DNA from: Cinqassovirus ah1
Taxonomy: Duplodnaviria > Heunggongvirae > Uroviricota > Caudoviricetes > Straboviridae
Reading direction: 5' to 3' (one strand)
Virus record (IMG/VR): IMGVR_UViG_2974724611_000001
Location: 76,650 to 140,649 of that record
DNA: 64,000 nt
Within the stretch, counting starts at the first letter, position 1; each line of letters begins with the position of its first letter. Positions 47,434 through 59,402 of the stretch are shown in pieces. Under the pieces are notes generated by a model. It saw nothing but the letters and a program-made list of their open reading frames with translations, made no database searches and was not told the origin of the DNA. Made by a program: the position numbers and the translations under genes.

Positions 47434-49589
47434 TGAGTAAACAATCTATTATCATCGGTAACGCAGTTGATGACGGCACCGGTGATTACATGCGTCGTGG
47501 TGGACAGAAGATTAACGACAACTTCACTGAACTATATAGTGAATTGGGCGACGGTTCTGTTCCTCACGCTGCTGGCGCGTGGAAGCGTTATTCTACAGTC
47601 GGCACACCGCTTAATGTTGTGTTCGGTAAAGCATACACAATCGACACAACCGGCGGACAAATCACAGTTAACTTGCCTGCTGGTAAGCCATCCGATTACG
47701 GTAAAGTAATTCGTCTTCGCGATGTTAACGGCTCTTGGGCAACTAACCCAGTTAACTTAGTTCCGGGTGGTACCGATACCGTTAAAGGAACAACTAAGAA
47801 ACACAAGCTTTGGAAGAACTATCTTGACGCCGAACTGGTATATTGCAGTCCTGGTAAATGGGAATATGCAGATAACAAGCGGGTGAACGGAATTAGTACC
47901 GCAAACGGTGCCACTGTTGCAAGAAAGGAATTTATTGCGGTAGAAGGCCAAACTGATTTCATTAATATTTTCGAATCCAGTTATAACCCAGCTGCGGTAG
48001 AAGTTTATCGTCGCGGTAACTTGCTCTATTACGGAGATCGCATTTCCGAGAATACTGACTACGGATCAATGACAGCAAAAACTCCTGTTGTTAGTGATGT
48101 GACTATTACAGGTGGCAAGAAAAATGATACTGTTGGCTATTCTCAGGGTGTGGTTGGAACAATCAACGCAACAAAAAATAAAGTTGAAGGACTTGTTATT
48201 GTTGATTTTCGTGGAGAAGTGTCAACAAATACCGTTATCATGCAATTTGCAAACGGCGCTAAGCCGATGGACGCAAACGTAATTTACGTTCAAAACGGAA
48301 CTTCTGGACCATGGTTCTTACAATATGATTCAAGTCGTACCGCATATATTGGTGTTTATCCAGATCTGATTACAAAGCTAACATCTACCGAGAGTCAGAC
48401 ATATAAGGTATCGGTATATAAACTGAATACACTTGACGGATTTTCTATTCGTTTATCAGAGCCATGTTTTGCGGGTGACGTTGTTACCGTTGTGACTTAT
48501 CTCGATGGAATTGCGTCATATCGTAGCTCATATCAACGTTATACTCTTAGAGTGTATGACGAAAAACTTACAACCGCTGACATTAAGACTGTTCCGGGAC
48601 AGCGTTGGGTAGGAGATCTGAGTAAGAAAGCTAGATTCAGTTTAAACGACTTTGACCTGCTGGAGAACGAGACTTATAACCCGTTTAGTATGGAGATACT
48701 TGTAAACGGTAGATCTCTTACCAGAGCAGGAGAGGGAGATTTGCCTGCGTTTATTTGTGAGGGCGCAAATGCGAATGACGAAACATCTTGTATCGCACTT
48801 GGTGGTGCGTGGGTACCATCTGGTGGTGATTTCTCTACAGTAACGGATTTGAATGATCGTTATCGTGAGTTTGTTATCAACCAACCACTAAATCACAAAG
48901 ATATCATTACTATTCGCTGGTATAATAACGATATCGGGACAACGCTTGATTGGGAAGGCGACGGTGGAATCAAAGAATTGGCAGATGCTCGATTCCTAGT
49001 TTCCGATAGAACGTTCAATCGAAATAGCAAAATTATGTACACCGATACAAATAATCCCAATGCATCAACTGCTGTAGCAGATCCAGAAACGGAAGATGCA
49101 ATTAGATTTACAAGTGTAGATAGTTTACTTGAGTCGATTTATCCTGTTGGGTCAATTTATATCAACGCACACAACCCAAATAATCCAAAGTCATATATGG
49201 GATTTGGAGAATGGCGTAGATTTGGACAAGGTAGAGTTCCAGTTTCGTGGAACGAAGATAATCCGAATGACCCGAATTTTGGATTGAATACCAATGATAA
49301 AGACGTCAACGGAAACCCAAGACATTCTGCTGGTAATACCGGAGGTGCGGTAACAAACACACTTGGTATCACCAATATTCCTCCTGTAACATCAAGCGAG
49401 AAAGCTTTGATTGTTGATCCTGCTGGTGATGTTCTTGTTGGCGGTTGTCAATTTGACCCAGACGATCATGGTCCCGGGTTTAAGAGATATCGAGAAGACT
49501 TGGTGAAAGCGCGTCCGAGTGAGATTGCGTTGCCAGTTAATAATCTACAACCGTTTATTACGGTTCATATGTGGCTAAGGGTTCTATAA
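47433..49589 (+). CDS. 10: gp10, baseplate wedge / tail pin
   Basis: GNAVDDGTGDYMRRGG.KIN.NF; IYPVGSIY; LQPFITV..W.R. Confidence 0.95.
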   Translation: MSKQSIIIGNAVDDGTGDYMRRGGQKINDNFTELYSELGDGSVPHAAGAWKRYSTVGTPLNVVFGKAYTIDTTGGQITVNLPAGKPSDYGKVIRLRDVNGSWATNPVNLVPGGTDTVKGTTKKHKLWKNYLDAELVYCSPGKWEYADNKRVNGISTANGATVARKEFIAVEGQTDFINIFESSYNPAAVEVYRRGNLLYYGDRISENTDYGSMTAKTPVVSDVTITGGKKNDTVGYSQGVVGTINATKNKVEGLVIVDFRGEVSTNTVIMQFANGAKPMDANVIYVQNGTSGPWFLQYDSSRTAYIGVYPDLITKLTSTESQTYKVSVYKLNTLDGFSIRLSEPCFAGDVVTVVTYLDGIASYRSSYQRYTLRVYDEKLTTADIKTVPGQRWVGDLSKKARFSLNDFDLLENETYNPFSMEILVNGRSLTRAGEGDLPAFICEGANANDETSCIALGGAWVPSGGDFSTVTDLNDRYREFVINQPLNHKDIITIRWYNNDIGTTLDWEGDGGIKELADARFLVSDRTFNRNSKIMYTDTNNPNASTAVADPETEDAIRFTSVDSLLESIYPVGSIYINAHNPNNPKSYMGFGEWRRFGQGRVPVSWNEDNPNDPNFGLNTNDKDVNGNPRHSAGNTGGAVTNTLGITNIPPVTSSEKALIVDPAGDVLVGGCQFDPDDHGPGFKRYREDLVKARPSEIALPVNNLQPFITVHMWLRVL

Positions 49590-50564
49590 ATGATCAATAT
49601 CTATCAACAGCCGGTTGATATTACTTTTGCCTACGGATCAAGATTTTCATTTTCCGTTGGTGCGAACACTGATATCGACAACGGCTATGTAACATATCGC
49701 TGGGAGTGGACTGCTCCCAGCACAGCTAACTGGGCAGCAATTCAACATCCTTCTGCCACGTTAATGAGCGTCGTTATTCTTCCTTCTATGGGAACAGTAT
49801 ATAACACAAATGATTTTCGTTGTGTTATTACCGAATACGATAATCTGGGAGTTAAAAAATCTGAGTTAATAACTTCTATTGTCAAAGGTATCAAGTTTGA
49901 AGGAAGAACATCGGTAGCAAAAACAAAAACTTCCGACGCCGTTCTTATTAGATCTCGTCTAGCTAGACATTCCGAGTTTGAACTTCATCCGTCCCTAGAT
50001 AATACGTTTCTGAGTGATAATATTGGCCTTGCTACATTACAAGACGCAGAAGACAATATTACGCATCCGAACGTTCAATCCGCAATTGTTGATTTGGCAG
50101 ACGGTATGACTTTGCCTGTTGGTTCAGTTATTATCGAAAGAAAGAACGATGATCCTAGCGGAAAAGCACAACAAACGGTATTACAGTTTGACGGAATCAT
50201 TGCTTCTCCTGTTGCCGACGTCGATGTTGTCTTGAACGTATTCGGACGTAGAGTTGTGATTGCGGATAAGAGTATTGCAGCACAGGTAAAAGATCAAGTT
50301 TTGACGATTCTTGCGGATTTTGAAAACGCTGGACTTTATGTTAAGAACGTCAGTTCTGTTTCGGCAACTTCTATTTCGTTTGAGCATAGAGATCATAAAA
50401 ATCATGTTCCTCCTGCTTGGACTCAATACGGAGTTACTATGACTGGTCTAGTTGCGTCTCCTGCTGCTAAGGGTTATGGACAGTGGCAAAAATTTGCAGA
50501 AACTAACATTACTGGATTAGATGCTGCGGTATCTAAACTTTATTACTGGGAGAGAATTTCGTGA
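49590..50564 (+). CDS. 11: gp11, baseplate wedge (N-terminally extended)
   Basis: SRLA...EF, GYGQWQKF, YYWERIS; synteny. Confidence 0.8.
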   Translation: MINIYQQPVDITFAYGSRFSFSVGANTDIDNGYVTYRWEWTAPSTANWAAIQHPSATLMSVVILPSMGTVYNTNDFRCVITEYDNLGVKKSELITSIVKGIKFEGRTSVAKTKTSDAVLIRSRLARHSEFELHPSLDNTFLSDNIGLATLQDAEDNITHPNVQSAIVDLADGMTLPVGSVIIERKNDDPSGKAQQTVLQFDGIIASPVADVDVVLNVFGRRVVIADKSIAAQVKDQVLTILADFENAGLYVKNVSSVSATSISFEHRDHKNHVPPAWTQYGVTMTGLVASPAAKGYGQWQKFAETNITGLDAAVSKLYYWERIS

Positions 50565-51870
50565 GAACAAATAATATTACACAGCATATTAGTTCTAAAG
50601 CGGGGTCGGTTGTATTCGACCCCACAAAAGCTCCGGCATTCGATAATACAATTACCGATTTGCAAAAGCTGGGAGAAAAAATCGACGCTCACGCCACGAA
50701 GCTTTGCCTGTTGCTAGTGAAACAGTATCCGGTATTGCCGAATTGGCCACCGTTGACGAAGTATTGCTTGGAAACGACAAAACAAGATTAGTTACTCCTT
50801 TTACTTTGCAACAAAAATGGGCTCGTCCAAATGCAAGTGATACGGTTTATGGACTTGTTCGTTATGCCACTGTAGCTGAGAGAGAAGAAGCTGCTGCTAA
50901 GGTTGATATAACTGTAAACACAAGTGCATTGTGGGACGTTGTGCGCAACAAGGCAACATCTTCTGAATCTAAGCGTGGGTCTGTTAGTCTTTCAACTCTG
51001 GTAGCTGCCAAAGCAGGCGTAGACGACACCACCGCGATGACACCAGCTAAAGTAAAAGCAGCAATCGATACATTTGCAGTGACAAGTATTTCTGGTGCAA
51101 CCGAAACAGTTGCAGGTACAGTAAAAAATAGTCCTGCTCTGGTAACAAACGCGGCATTACACACGGGATTCGCAGTTACTCCGAAGGGATTTATTGAGAC
51201 TAGAGCTGCACAGAATCGCGTTGGAACAGTTCGTATGGCAACCCAAGCGGAAGCTAATGCTAGAACGGCTACCGACTTGGCAATCAGTCCAGCGACTCTT
51301 CCAATCGCGTCTGATACACAATACGGCATTACTGCCCTTTTGCACAACGCGCAATCTGGTGTTACTAACAAAGCGTTAAGCGCACACGGCGCAACTCTGT
51401 TTATTAACAGAAACGGCGATCAGATGACAGGAGATCTAACTGTTCGTGGATTATTCACGCTTTCTCCACAGGGTGGTTCATCAAACTCATTTACACGAAA
51501 AGATTACGTGGACGGCTTAATTAATTCTCGCTCACCAAACGGCCACCAACACGGTACTCCACGAGAAGTATGGACACATTTGTGGCAAGGACCATTAGAT
51601 CGCGGAAACTTCGCAATCAATCAGCCGTGGTGGAACTTTGATGCTCTTGTTATTGAAGGCTCCCGCGACGGTGGCCATGTATTCTTTACTCGTGAAGTGA
51701 GTCGCTGGCAAATAGAACAGATGCAAAACAAATATCCTAACTGGGATCTGGTAGCTAATGAAGCTTATTATTGGTACGGTAAGTTCGGTGGTGACGGTCG
51801 CACATTTTATGTGACCACAGAAAACTGTTATTTGTGGAACATCTACGGTATTAAAAAATACTGGTCTTAA
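50561..51870 (+). CDS. 12: gp12, short tail fibre (frameshift near 50700)
   Basis: NN..QHISSKA..V.FDP; ASE...G...ATxxE repeats. Confidence 0.85.
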
Positions 51871-51913
51871 TACTAAATAACAGTATTAGCAAAATAACTT
51901 ATAAGGGTGAATA

Positions 51914-54900
51914 ATGGCTATCGAAAAACCAACACAGTCACAATTGCCATTTGTTGACGGCGTTCCTGCCGTTGGACAGACTCGCATCGACTGGATTCAA
52001 AACGGTGAATATACCGACGGAGCTGTTAGCGCCACTGATAACGGTGGCGCCCTTAACAGAGCTTCGGTTAAGGTGCAGAAAAACGTTAACGCTATTAACG
52101 TTGAATTGAATAAAACAAAAGACTCGTTGAGCAAAGTTATCGATTTGGCAGAAACCCATGATCGCATTCTGAATGCACAGGGAGACGGAACAAACCTATA
52201 TGATCGAATGACTGCGGTAGAAACCGTCAACAAGACACAACAAGATATATTGAAACGAATTGAAGACGATGAAATCGAGCATGTTGCAAAGACGGAAGCA
52301 ATCAACAAGCGTATTACCGACACAGTTGACCCGCAAATCGTTAATATCAAGAAGATGCTTGGCAACTACAAGGGATTCGATCAGGACGGTAATCCGGATG
52401 TAAATGCTCCTGGTTTGGGGGTAAAGGGTCAAGTTGAGCGCAACTGGGAGAGTTCCGTACAGCACGAAAACAGAATTAAAAGCTTAGAGAGTTTCTGGCA
52501 AGGAGATACTCCCGATATTCTCATTCGTAACGTTCGTGATATTCGTTCTGAAATCGGTCCTTCTTCCGATAAAACGGATAAGACCCTATATCAGAGAATG
52601 AAATCATCGGAGGATCATGTAGCAGAAGCGAACAAACATCTTGATGATATTGATCTTTCAACCGGTAAGATTGAGTTTCCGATTAAATATGTGAATCAAG
52701 CCGGAACAGAAATCACAGTAAACAACATTTGGGAATATACCAAACTCGTTCGTGGTGACGTTGGCGCAAATCAGAATCTCTTGAACACAACCGTTAATAC
52801 GGTAACAAAACACACTACCGATATCAAAACACTACAAGATTTTGATGTTAGTTCGGATCAGCGTCTTGATGCACTGGAATCTATTGTTGGTGTTCAGCCT
52901 ACTGACGGATTGCGTGGTGATGTTCGCGCTCTTGATTTGAGAGAAGCGAATAACGCAAGTCGATTGGAAGGAATGGTAAAAACGGTAACGGATCTCGTTA
53001 ACTTGGAGACAACTCCGGCAGTTAGAGATCTACAGGAAGACGTCGCTAAACTTAATCCAGACGTTTACGGAACTGGAGTAGATACTGATTCTGATATTGT
53101 TAAGCTTGGTATCAAAACAACTAACCAGCGTATGTATACCGAAATGTACACTCCGTTTAAAACCGGTAGTGGATTTATTTTGGATACTTCCGATCAAAAC
53201 ATAGATGCGTCGTTTGTTCGTCGTTATATCAACAATAAATGGGAATGGAGAAATCTGTTTGACAGCGATCTTGTTATCGGATCAAATCGTTCACTGAGAA
53301 ACTTTGACGGACAATCCGCTGTATCGTTCAATTTGAGACCTGGACTTGCTCCTGTTACAATTTTCGGCCAAGAAAACTCCGAGATTGAAATCAAAGGAAC
53401 AGTATTGAATGAGATTGATATTCCTGGTGTTAAATTCAAAACACAAGAAGTCATTAAGTTTGGTGATGTTCGGCACATTATTGGAAACAATAAACCAATT
53501 GAGTTCAAAATCGATACCGGTAGTTCGCTCGTAGTTAGATTTGGTACAAACGTTGGCACAGTAATCCATTCTTTGAACTTGAAGGATTATGTTGCTGATA
53601 TTGATCCTAGAACTGGATTCAGGCTGAATCGTGATGTTGGTATTACTGCTGATACAACTCTTGGGAACAAGAATGTTATCAAGTCGGGATTCCTGAACAA
53701 AACTGTTACCGTTTCCGACGAAGGTATGTTGACTGAGTTTGCTGGCGAAGTTTCTAAAATTCGTTTGGCAATTGGCGCAAACTATACCGGTTATACTGAT
53801 GCGAACGTTCTTATTAATGAAGTCGGTGCTTCTGTATTTGCTACAAAAGATTATGTTGAAGTTGGTGACACTAAAGCAAGTCCAGCACTAAGAACATTCG
53901 GCGACGATCTTCGTTCCGTTAAAGTCGTTGCTGGTTCAGCGAACACACTGTATACAGTGTGGCACGACGGATTAGACGCTCCAAAGGACGGTGCATTCTA
54001 CGCACGCAAAGACGGAGCATGGACAGCATTTAACCCAGGTGGAAACGGACAGGGACTGGCTGATGACGCTCCAAATAACGGATTGCCTCACGTTCGAGTA
54101 ACAACAAACGGTAATTCTGTTTGGGAAGCGTTGGGTTCAAAAAATATCAATCTGAGTCCGAACGTTGCAATTAATTTCAATACAACGGATCATGGATTGG
54201 TATCTGCATTTGCTCCGCTCGCAACTGGTGCTATTAGCATTGGATACGACAACAGCAAATCTCCGATTACATTCAAAGGTAGAGTTCAGAGCTTTACAAT
54301 GGGCAATGAGCAAGCATTGTTGGGACTGACTACTTCCGATGAAATTCGTACAATCGTTAAAGTTGACTTTGAAAACAATATTGTTCTTGGTGATGAAACA
54401 CCGCAGTTTATTTCGGTAAACAGCCGCTTGTTGATTTCAATAACAGATCTTACAAAGTATGGCATGACGGTATCGATGCACCTAGCGATCAAAAATACTA
54501 TGCACGTCGTAACGGCAACTGGACAGAAGTGTTCAACGGTATTGACCCAAATGCCGATGTAAATACTTCAGGAGCGTACAAGTCTAAGAACGTAAATATT
54601 GGCTTCACCGAACAGGTTGGTGCTGATTATCTTGTTCATATTGGACAAAACAATCAATATACCAAGATTGAGGGTAAAGTGATGGATATTCAATTGGCAC
54701 AGCCAGTTGATAACTCATTTACTTCCGTTAAAGGTATGCTGAAAGGCGCAGAAATCAACGTAATTGCGGTAAAAGATAACGTCGCCGGAAATAGTCAAGT
54801 TGTTGTTGGTGATACGAACGTTGAATTACAAATGAATTGTATCAACGCATATGTGAACGGAAACGCGGTAATCACTTCCGCATTTGATGTTCCTAGCAAC

Positions 54901-55020
54901 GACATCCGTTATTCTCGTAGAAACGGTCAGTGGGTACAGAGTTACTATTATGGTGACTTTGCTACAAACGCACCGGCTAATCCAACAGAAGGTGACGTAT
55001 TCTTTGAGTTCGTAAACTAA
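51914..55020 (+). CDS. wac: Wac/fibritin, greatly extended (frameshift near 54395)
   Basis: LPFVDGVP..GQTRI.WI.NGE, LNRA, coiled coil, four foldon-like motifs; CTAAATA at 51873-51879. Confidence 0.85.
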
Positions 55021-55030
55021 GGAACTAAAG

Positions 55031-56602
55031 ATGCCAATTAGAATTGCTGATCAAAATGGGGTGCTGCATAATGCAGCCCCCAAAATTTATAACGGATATT
55101 GGAGAAATGCCGTTGCTTGGGTTTATTCTGGTGGAGCATGGCGTAGAACTTATGATCCAAAAGATGAAAACTTGCTAATCAATAGTCGTTTATTGAACGG
55201 AACAGATTATTTCACGTATGCGGACGGAAGAGTAATCGGATTTACACCACCGGGCTGGAGCGCATTTTCTAATGTACCTCAGGTTAGAGGAAATTCGTAT
55301 GCATTCTATTCGAATCGCGAGGACGAATATAGCCGAGCGTATACATTCAAAGCAGCAACGAGCCGAATGTTCTTTAGAACTAGAATTTATCTTAAAGCCG
55401 GTGAAACGTATAACGCAAGTGCTTTTGTTCATTCTATTAATCTTCAAGTAGGAAGAAAGTCATTTGATATCTACGTTGACGGAGTTTCATCTGACAAACA
55501 GAAAGAATATATTCAGTTCGTTACGCAGTTTCCTACTGTTCCTGAATTGAAAGCAGGTATGAGAGTGCAATCAACTTTCAAAGCATTAAAAGATTGTTTG
55601 GTGCAGTTTAATATCGGCGTTGGAGTTGATTACAACGACAGTGGAGAAATCCAAGTTAGTCAGCCCATGGTAACTAAGTCGAGTGTTATGCTTGCTTACC
55701 AGCCTACTCCAGTTGATGCCAACTACAATGCGATTATCATGAAAGACACATACATGAAGCTGAATAAAACGCTTCCTCCAATCGCAGGAACAAATCATTT
55801 GGAGTCTAGTGTTCAGTTGCTTGATGATGTATCAGATCGCATAATGATCATTGGATATAATAACGATATTTCGACCTCCGGAATCGGAGTTGATATCGTT
55901 AAAAATACGCTGTTTGTTATGGCAGAAAACGTTATTACACATGAAGTACCTATTATAACTCCTATTCCGAAGAATCTGGTATTTGGTGCAGGAATCTGGT
56001 ATGATGTTTCTGGTGGATACATTAGAAATATTAGATTACACGCAAACGGAGATTTAATAGCTAGAATTCCAGACACAACTTCGGTTGTTGCTGCTACTAA
56101 TTTTGTGTTCGGTAGTAAGCAGTACCCTATTAAAGGAGTCATAGTTGAGCAATTTGGTATGTTCGTAAACGGAAGAAACCATATTTTCAACATCGAAGAA
56201 GGAACGGGAAATATTTCGAGTGAAACTCCTAGTCCTGATATGTTGACTGTTGATTTTGGGTCAGACGATACGAAATACGAGTGGCTCGGCGCATTGCTAC
56301 CTAAGATTACAGTTCAACCTGATTCTGAATATATCGGAACATCTGGTATGACGGTAGAGCTTAAATCATCCGGAAGCAATTACGACACAATAGAATGGAG
56401 AACTCAATACGGAGCAATCGAGAATTCGAACTCGAATAATCTAAGTGTTATTGTTTCTGATACTTATGATTATAGTCTTGTTTATCAAGCAGTTTATAAG
56501 AATCGATTCGGAAGTGTGAGTACAATAAAAACAAAAATCTCCGAGTTCCCTACTCCTAGACGATTGATCCAGGACGAAAAAGGGAGATCGGTTGGGTACT
56601 GA
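55031..56602 (+). CDS. Putative fibre-associated / receptor-binding protein
   Basis: N-terminal VYSGGAWRR adaptor motif followed by beta-rich domains. Confidence 0.55.
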   Translation: MPIRIADQNGVLHNAAPKIYNGYWRNAVAWVYSGGAWRRTYDPKDENLLINSRLLNGTDYFTYADGRVIGFTPPGWSAFSNVPQVRGNSYAFYSNREDEYSRAYTFKAATSRMFFRTRIYLKAGETYNASAFVHSINLQVGRKSFDIYVDGVSSDKQKEYIQFVTQFPTVPELKAGMRVQSTFKALKDCLVQFNIGVGVDYNDSGEIQVSQPMVTKSSVMLAYQPTPVDANYNAIIMKDTYMKLNKTLPPIAGTNHLESSVQLLDDVSDRIMIIGYNNDISTSGIGVDIVKNTLFVMAENVITHEVPIITPIPKNLVFGAGIWYDVSGGYIRNIRLHANGDLIARIPDTTSVVAATNFVFGSKQYPIKGVIVEQFGMFVNGRNHIFNIEEGTGNISSETPSPDMLTVDFGSDDTKYEWLGALLPKITVQPDSEYIGTSGMTVELKSSGSNYDTIEWRTQYGAIENSNSNNLSVIVSDTYDYSLVYQAVYKNRFGSVSTIKTKISEFPTPRRLIQDEKGRSVGY

Positions 56603-56645
56603 GGACGATAAGTTAATCGAAACCCAAAAGCCCTAAGGAGGCTAT

Positions 56646-57250
56646 ATGCCCACAATTAAAATTTCCGACCTACCCAAAGTCGATGAATATGTTGGAAACG
56701 AGTTCGGGCAAGTAATACAGAACGGCAGCAATAAGAAAGCCGTTCTATTGTTTGCCGACTCAAACAACAAAATTGTTATTCCCAGTGGATTTACAGTTCA
56801 CACAGAAACAAATGACGGAGTAAAAACGTTATAGAGTTAACGCAAGACGGTAAATCTTTCTATCTTGGACCAAAAAGTGTTAAGCCGGTGATTGAAGCAG
56901 ATGTATCTGGTATGGTAGTGAAAAACATTACCGTTCCGAACAACATCGGCTATAATGCACTTAGCACAGAAGGCGAAAGAAAGAGTCTTATTAAACTTGG
57001 GAGTGACAACAAGGTAACTATCGGAGACGATAAAGCCTCATTGACTTTGATCCAGGGATCCAATCATGAAATAACCGTTAGACGCGAAAGTTTGCCGGGA
57101 AATAATGATTGGTCGGATTATCGTTTGATCGACACGGGATTGTTTAAGGATTATTTCGTCATACACATGAATTCAGTGTATACCTATGGTACCGCTGATC
57201 CAAATGACAACGACGGATATCCAGACGGACACCTATACATCAAATATTAA
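56646..57250 (+). CDS. Putative fibre protein (frameshift near 56825)
   Basis: MPTIKISDLP start and GTADP...PDGHLYIKY end. Confidence 0.55.
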
Positions 57251-57276
57251 TCGAACGGCGAGTTTCCCCGCCGTTA

Positions 57277-57443
57277 TATGGAGGGAAGATTTTTGTTTAT
57301 CCAAGATAAATAACACAAATACGCCTTGTGAAGTGCGTCTCAAAATAAACGGACAATACAAGACAGGAACTGCATATATTAAAGTAAACGGCAAATACCA
57401 ACCGGTAAACAGCCAAACAACAAACTTAAAGCTGAAAGGCTAA
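57277..57443 (+). CDS. Small fibre-adaptor-like ORF (start uncertain)
   Basis: LKINGQYK...YIKVNGKYQ repeats. Confidence 0.4.
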
Positions 57444-57452
57444 GGATTAAAA

Positions 57453-57650
57453 ATGCAAGCAATTATTTTGTTTATGCTCAAGCGAGTTGGCACCGAAGTG
57501 CTGTTGCAGATGCTAAAGCAGTTAGTAAAGATTCTGGAAAAGCGCATCGATAATAACTTTGGCTCAGAAGACGTTGACGCAATTGAAAAACGTGTTGAAG
57601 TTGCTAAAGATCCATTTGCCTCGCCAATTGCGCACCCAGGAAAAGAATAA
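57453..57650 (+). CDS. Hypothetical protein
   Basis: AAGGA RBS, 65 aa. Confidence 0.55.
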   Translation: MQAIILFMLKRVGTEVLLQMLKQLVKILEKRIDNNFGSEDVDAIEKRVEVAKDPFASPIAHPGKE

Positions 57651-57665
57651 AGGAGATTAGCCGAG

Positions 57666-58585
57666 ATGATGTCAAATAATTTTGTTAGGAACCCAAGAGA
57701 GCTTAAAGATCTTATTTTGAGACGTCTTGGCGCTCCCGTAATTCAAGTGGAAGTAACAGAGGATCATATCTATGATTGCATTGGACGCGCACTTGAATTG
57801 TACAAAGAATATCACCACGACGGCTTGAATAAAGCCTATCTGAGTGTTAAACTGAATCAAGAACAAGCAGCAACCGGCTATATTGACATTTCTGCTTATC
57901 CAATTTTTGCAATCACAAAAATCATTCGTCACAAATCAACTCTATGGGGCGGATTAGGCGGTGGAGCTACGCTAAACTTTTTCACTGACTTTTTGACTAC
58001 ACTTGGTGGCGGTCCACAGGGCATTAGTTATCATGGTCCTTTCGGAGCACTTGGTAATATTGGATTCTTTGCACAATTCCAGAGCTATCAGAATTTAATG
58101 ATGGATCAGCTTGACCCTCTTCCGGATTATTGGCTTGACCCAGTTAACGGTGTTGTTCAGCTAACAGGAAACTTTAGAGAGAACGATATTATTATCATGG
58201 AAGTTCATATTCAGAATTTTGTCGAACTCGAAAGATCTGTTCGTGGTATCGCTGGAGCTGGAATCGTCGCTGGCGGACCAACGTCCGCTGATAACAGAGA
58301 CAAGTGGATGAACCCATACGCTAGAATGCCAGCAAACGTCGCTGGAAGAGCTAGGAGCGAATTCCCGGATCAGGGGGTATACAATGTTCGATGGGTGAAG
58401 GATTACGCTACAACGCTCACCAAAGAGATTTGGGGTGAAATATTAGCGAAACATCAAGCATGGCATTGCCGGGTGGTGTTACTGTTGACGGCACAAGACT
58501 AATCGAAGAAGCCAGACAAGAAAAAGAAGTGTTGCGCCAAGAGCTTATGCTTTTGGAGGAGCCACTTCCCATTATTATGGGGTAA
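57666..58585 (+). CDS. 13: gp13, neck protein (frameshift near 58460)
   Basis: NPRELKD.ILRRLGAPVI.VEVT; C-terminal LPGGVTVDG.RLIEEA in the next frame. Confidence 0.92.
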
Positions 58586-58588
58586 TTG

Positions 58589-59377
58589 ATGTTTGCACGT
58601 AATCAAAGCATGTTTGCCCAGCTCGAAACAGGAGCTGGGTACAGTAAGACTTATCAAAACGAAGTATTAAATCCGTATGTGAATAAACACGAATACGAGC
58701 CGACTCTTTCATTGCACGAAATGCTTGTTGCTGAATCTATTCAGATGACTGGCGTTGAAATGTATTATATTCGTCGTGAGTTTGTTAACTTTGATCGAAT
58801 CTTTGGCGAAGATATGCAATCTAAATTTAAGAAAGCATATAAAGTCGCTATGTATTTGGAGAGTTTCGATGAATATAGCGGACAGAGGGATTTCTTTTCG
58901 AAATTCGGTATGCAAGTCAATGACGAAATCACTTTGTCTGTTAGTCCAAAGTTGTTTCAGATTCAAGCAGACGGAGAACGAGTTAAGGAAGGAGATCTGA
59001 TTTATTTCCCACTCAATAACAGTTTGTTTGAAGTTACCTGGGTAGAGCCTAGTTCGCCTGTTGTAAACCGCGAACAGCTCGCCAAATACAAAGTAACAGC
59101 ACAGAAATTTATTTACAGTGGTGAGGAAATCAAGCCAGAGTTTGATCCAAATCGATACGTGCTCGGAGACGATGACCCGCTATCTCAGATCAATGCACTT
59201 GACGGACGCGCGGATATCTCGGTGGACGAGTTCGCGGAAGATGACGCATTCAACGAAGAGTCGGAAGATTTTGTTGTTGAGTTTGACAACATTATCGGAA
59301 ACGGTGCACCAATAGCAGAACACAAGCAAATTAATCCTGCTCCTGTTAGTGCATTCGATGATCTCGAATCGTTTTAA
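58589..59377 (+). CDS. 14: gp14, neck protein
   Basis: LVAESIQM.G, D.IFGED, FFSKFGMQVNDE, EGDLIYFP. Confidence 0.95.
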   Translation: MFARNQSMFAQLETGAGYSKTYQNEVLNPYVNKHEYEPTLSLHEMLVAESIQMTGVEMYYIRREFVNFDRIFGEDMQSKFKKAYKVAMYLESFDEYSGQRDFFSKFGMQVNDEITLSVSPKLFQIQADGERVKEGDLIYFPLNNSLFEVTWVEPSSPVVNREQLAKYKVTAQKFIYSGEEIKPEFDPNRYVLGDDDPLSQINALDGRADISVDEFAEDDAFNEESEDFVVEFDNIIGNGAPIAEHKQINPAPVSAFDDLESF

Positions 59378-59380
59378 GTA

Positions 59381-59402
59381 AGAGCCCGTTATGGGCTCTT
59401 TT
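59381..59402 (+). terminator. Intrinsic terminator
   Basis: AGAGCCC-GTTAT-GGGCTCT followed by T-run. Confidence 0.75.

Noticed and set aside
31505-58585. Split reading frames in genes 54, 48, 27, 8, 12, wac, the 56646 fibre gene and 13 as programmed frameshifting or pseudogenes
   Set aside because: Each is repaired by adding one base to a short homopolymer or single G/C (for example GATGAAA[A]CACC, CAAG[G]CATG, GTTG[G]TACC) in otherwise conserved, mostly essential genes. This pattern fits sequencing under-calls; resequencing would settle it.
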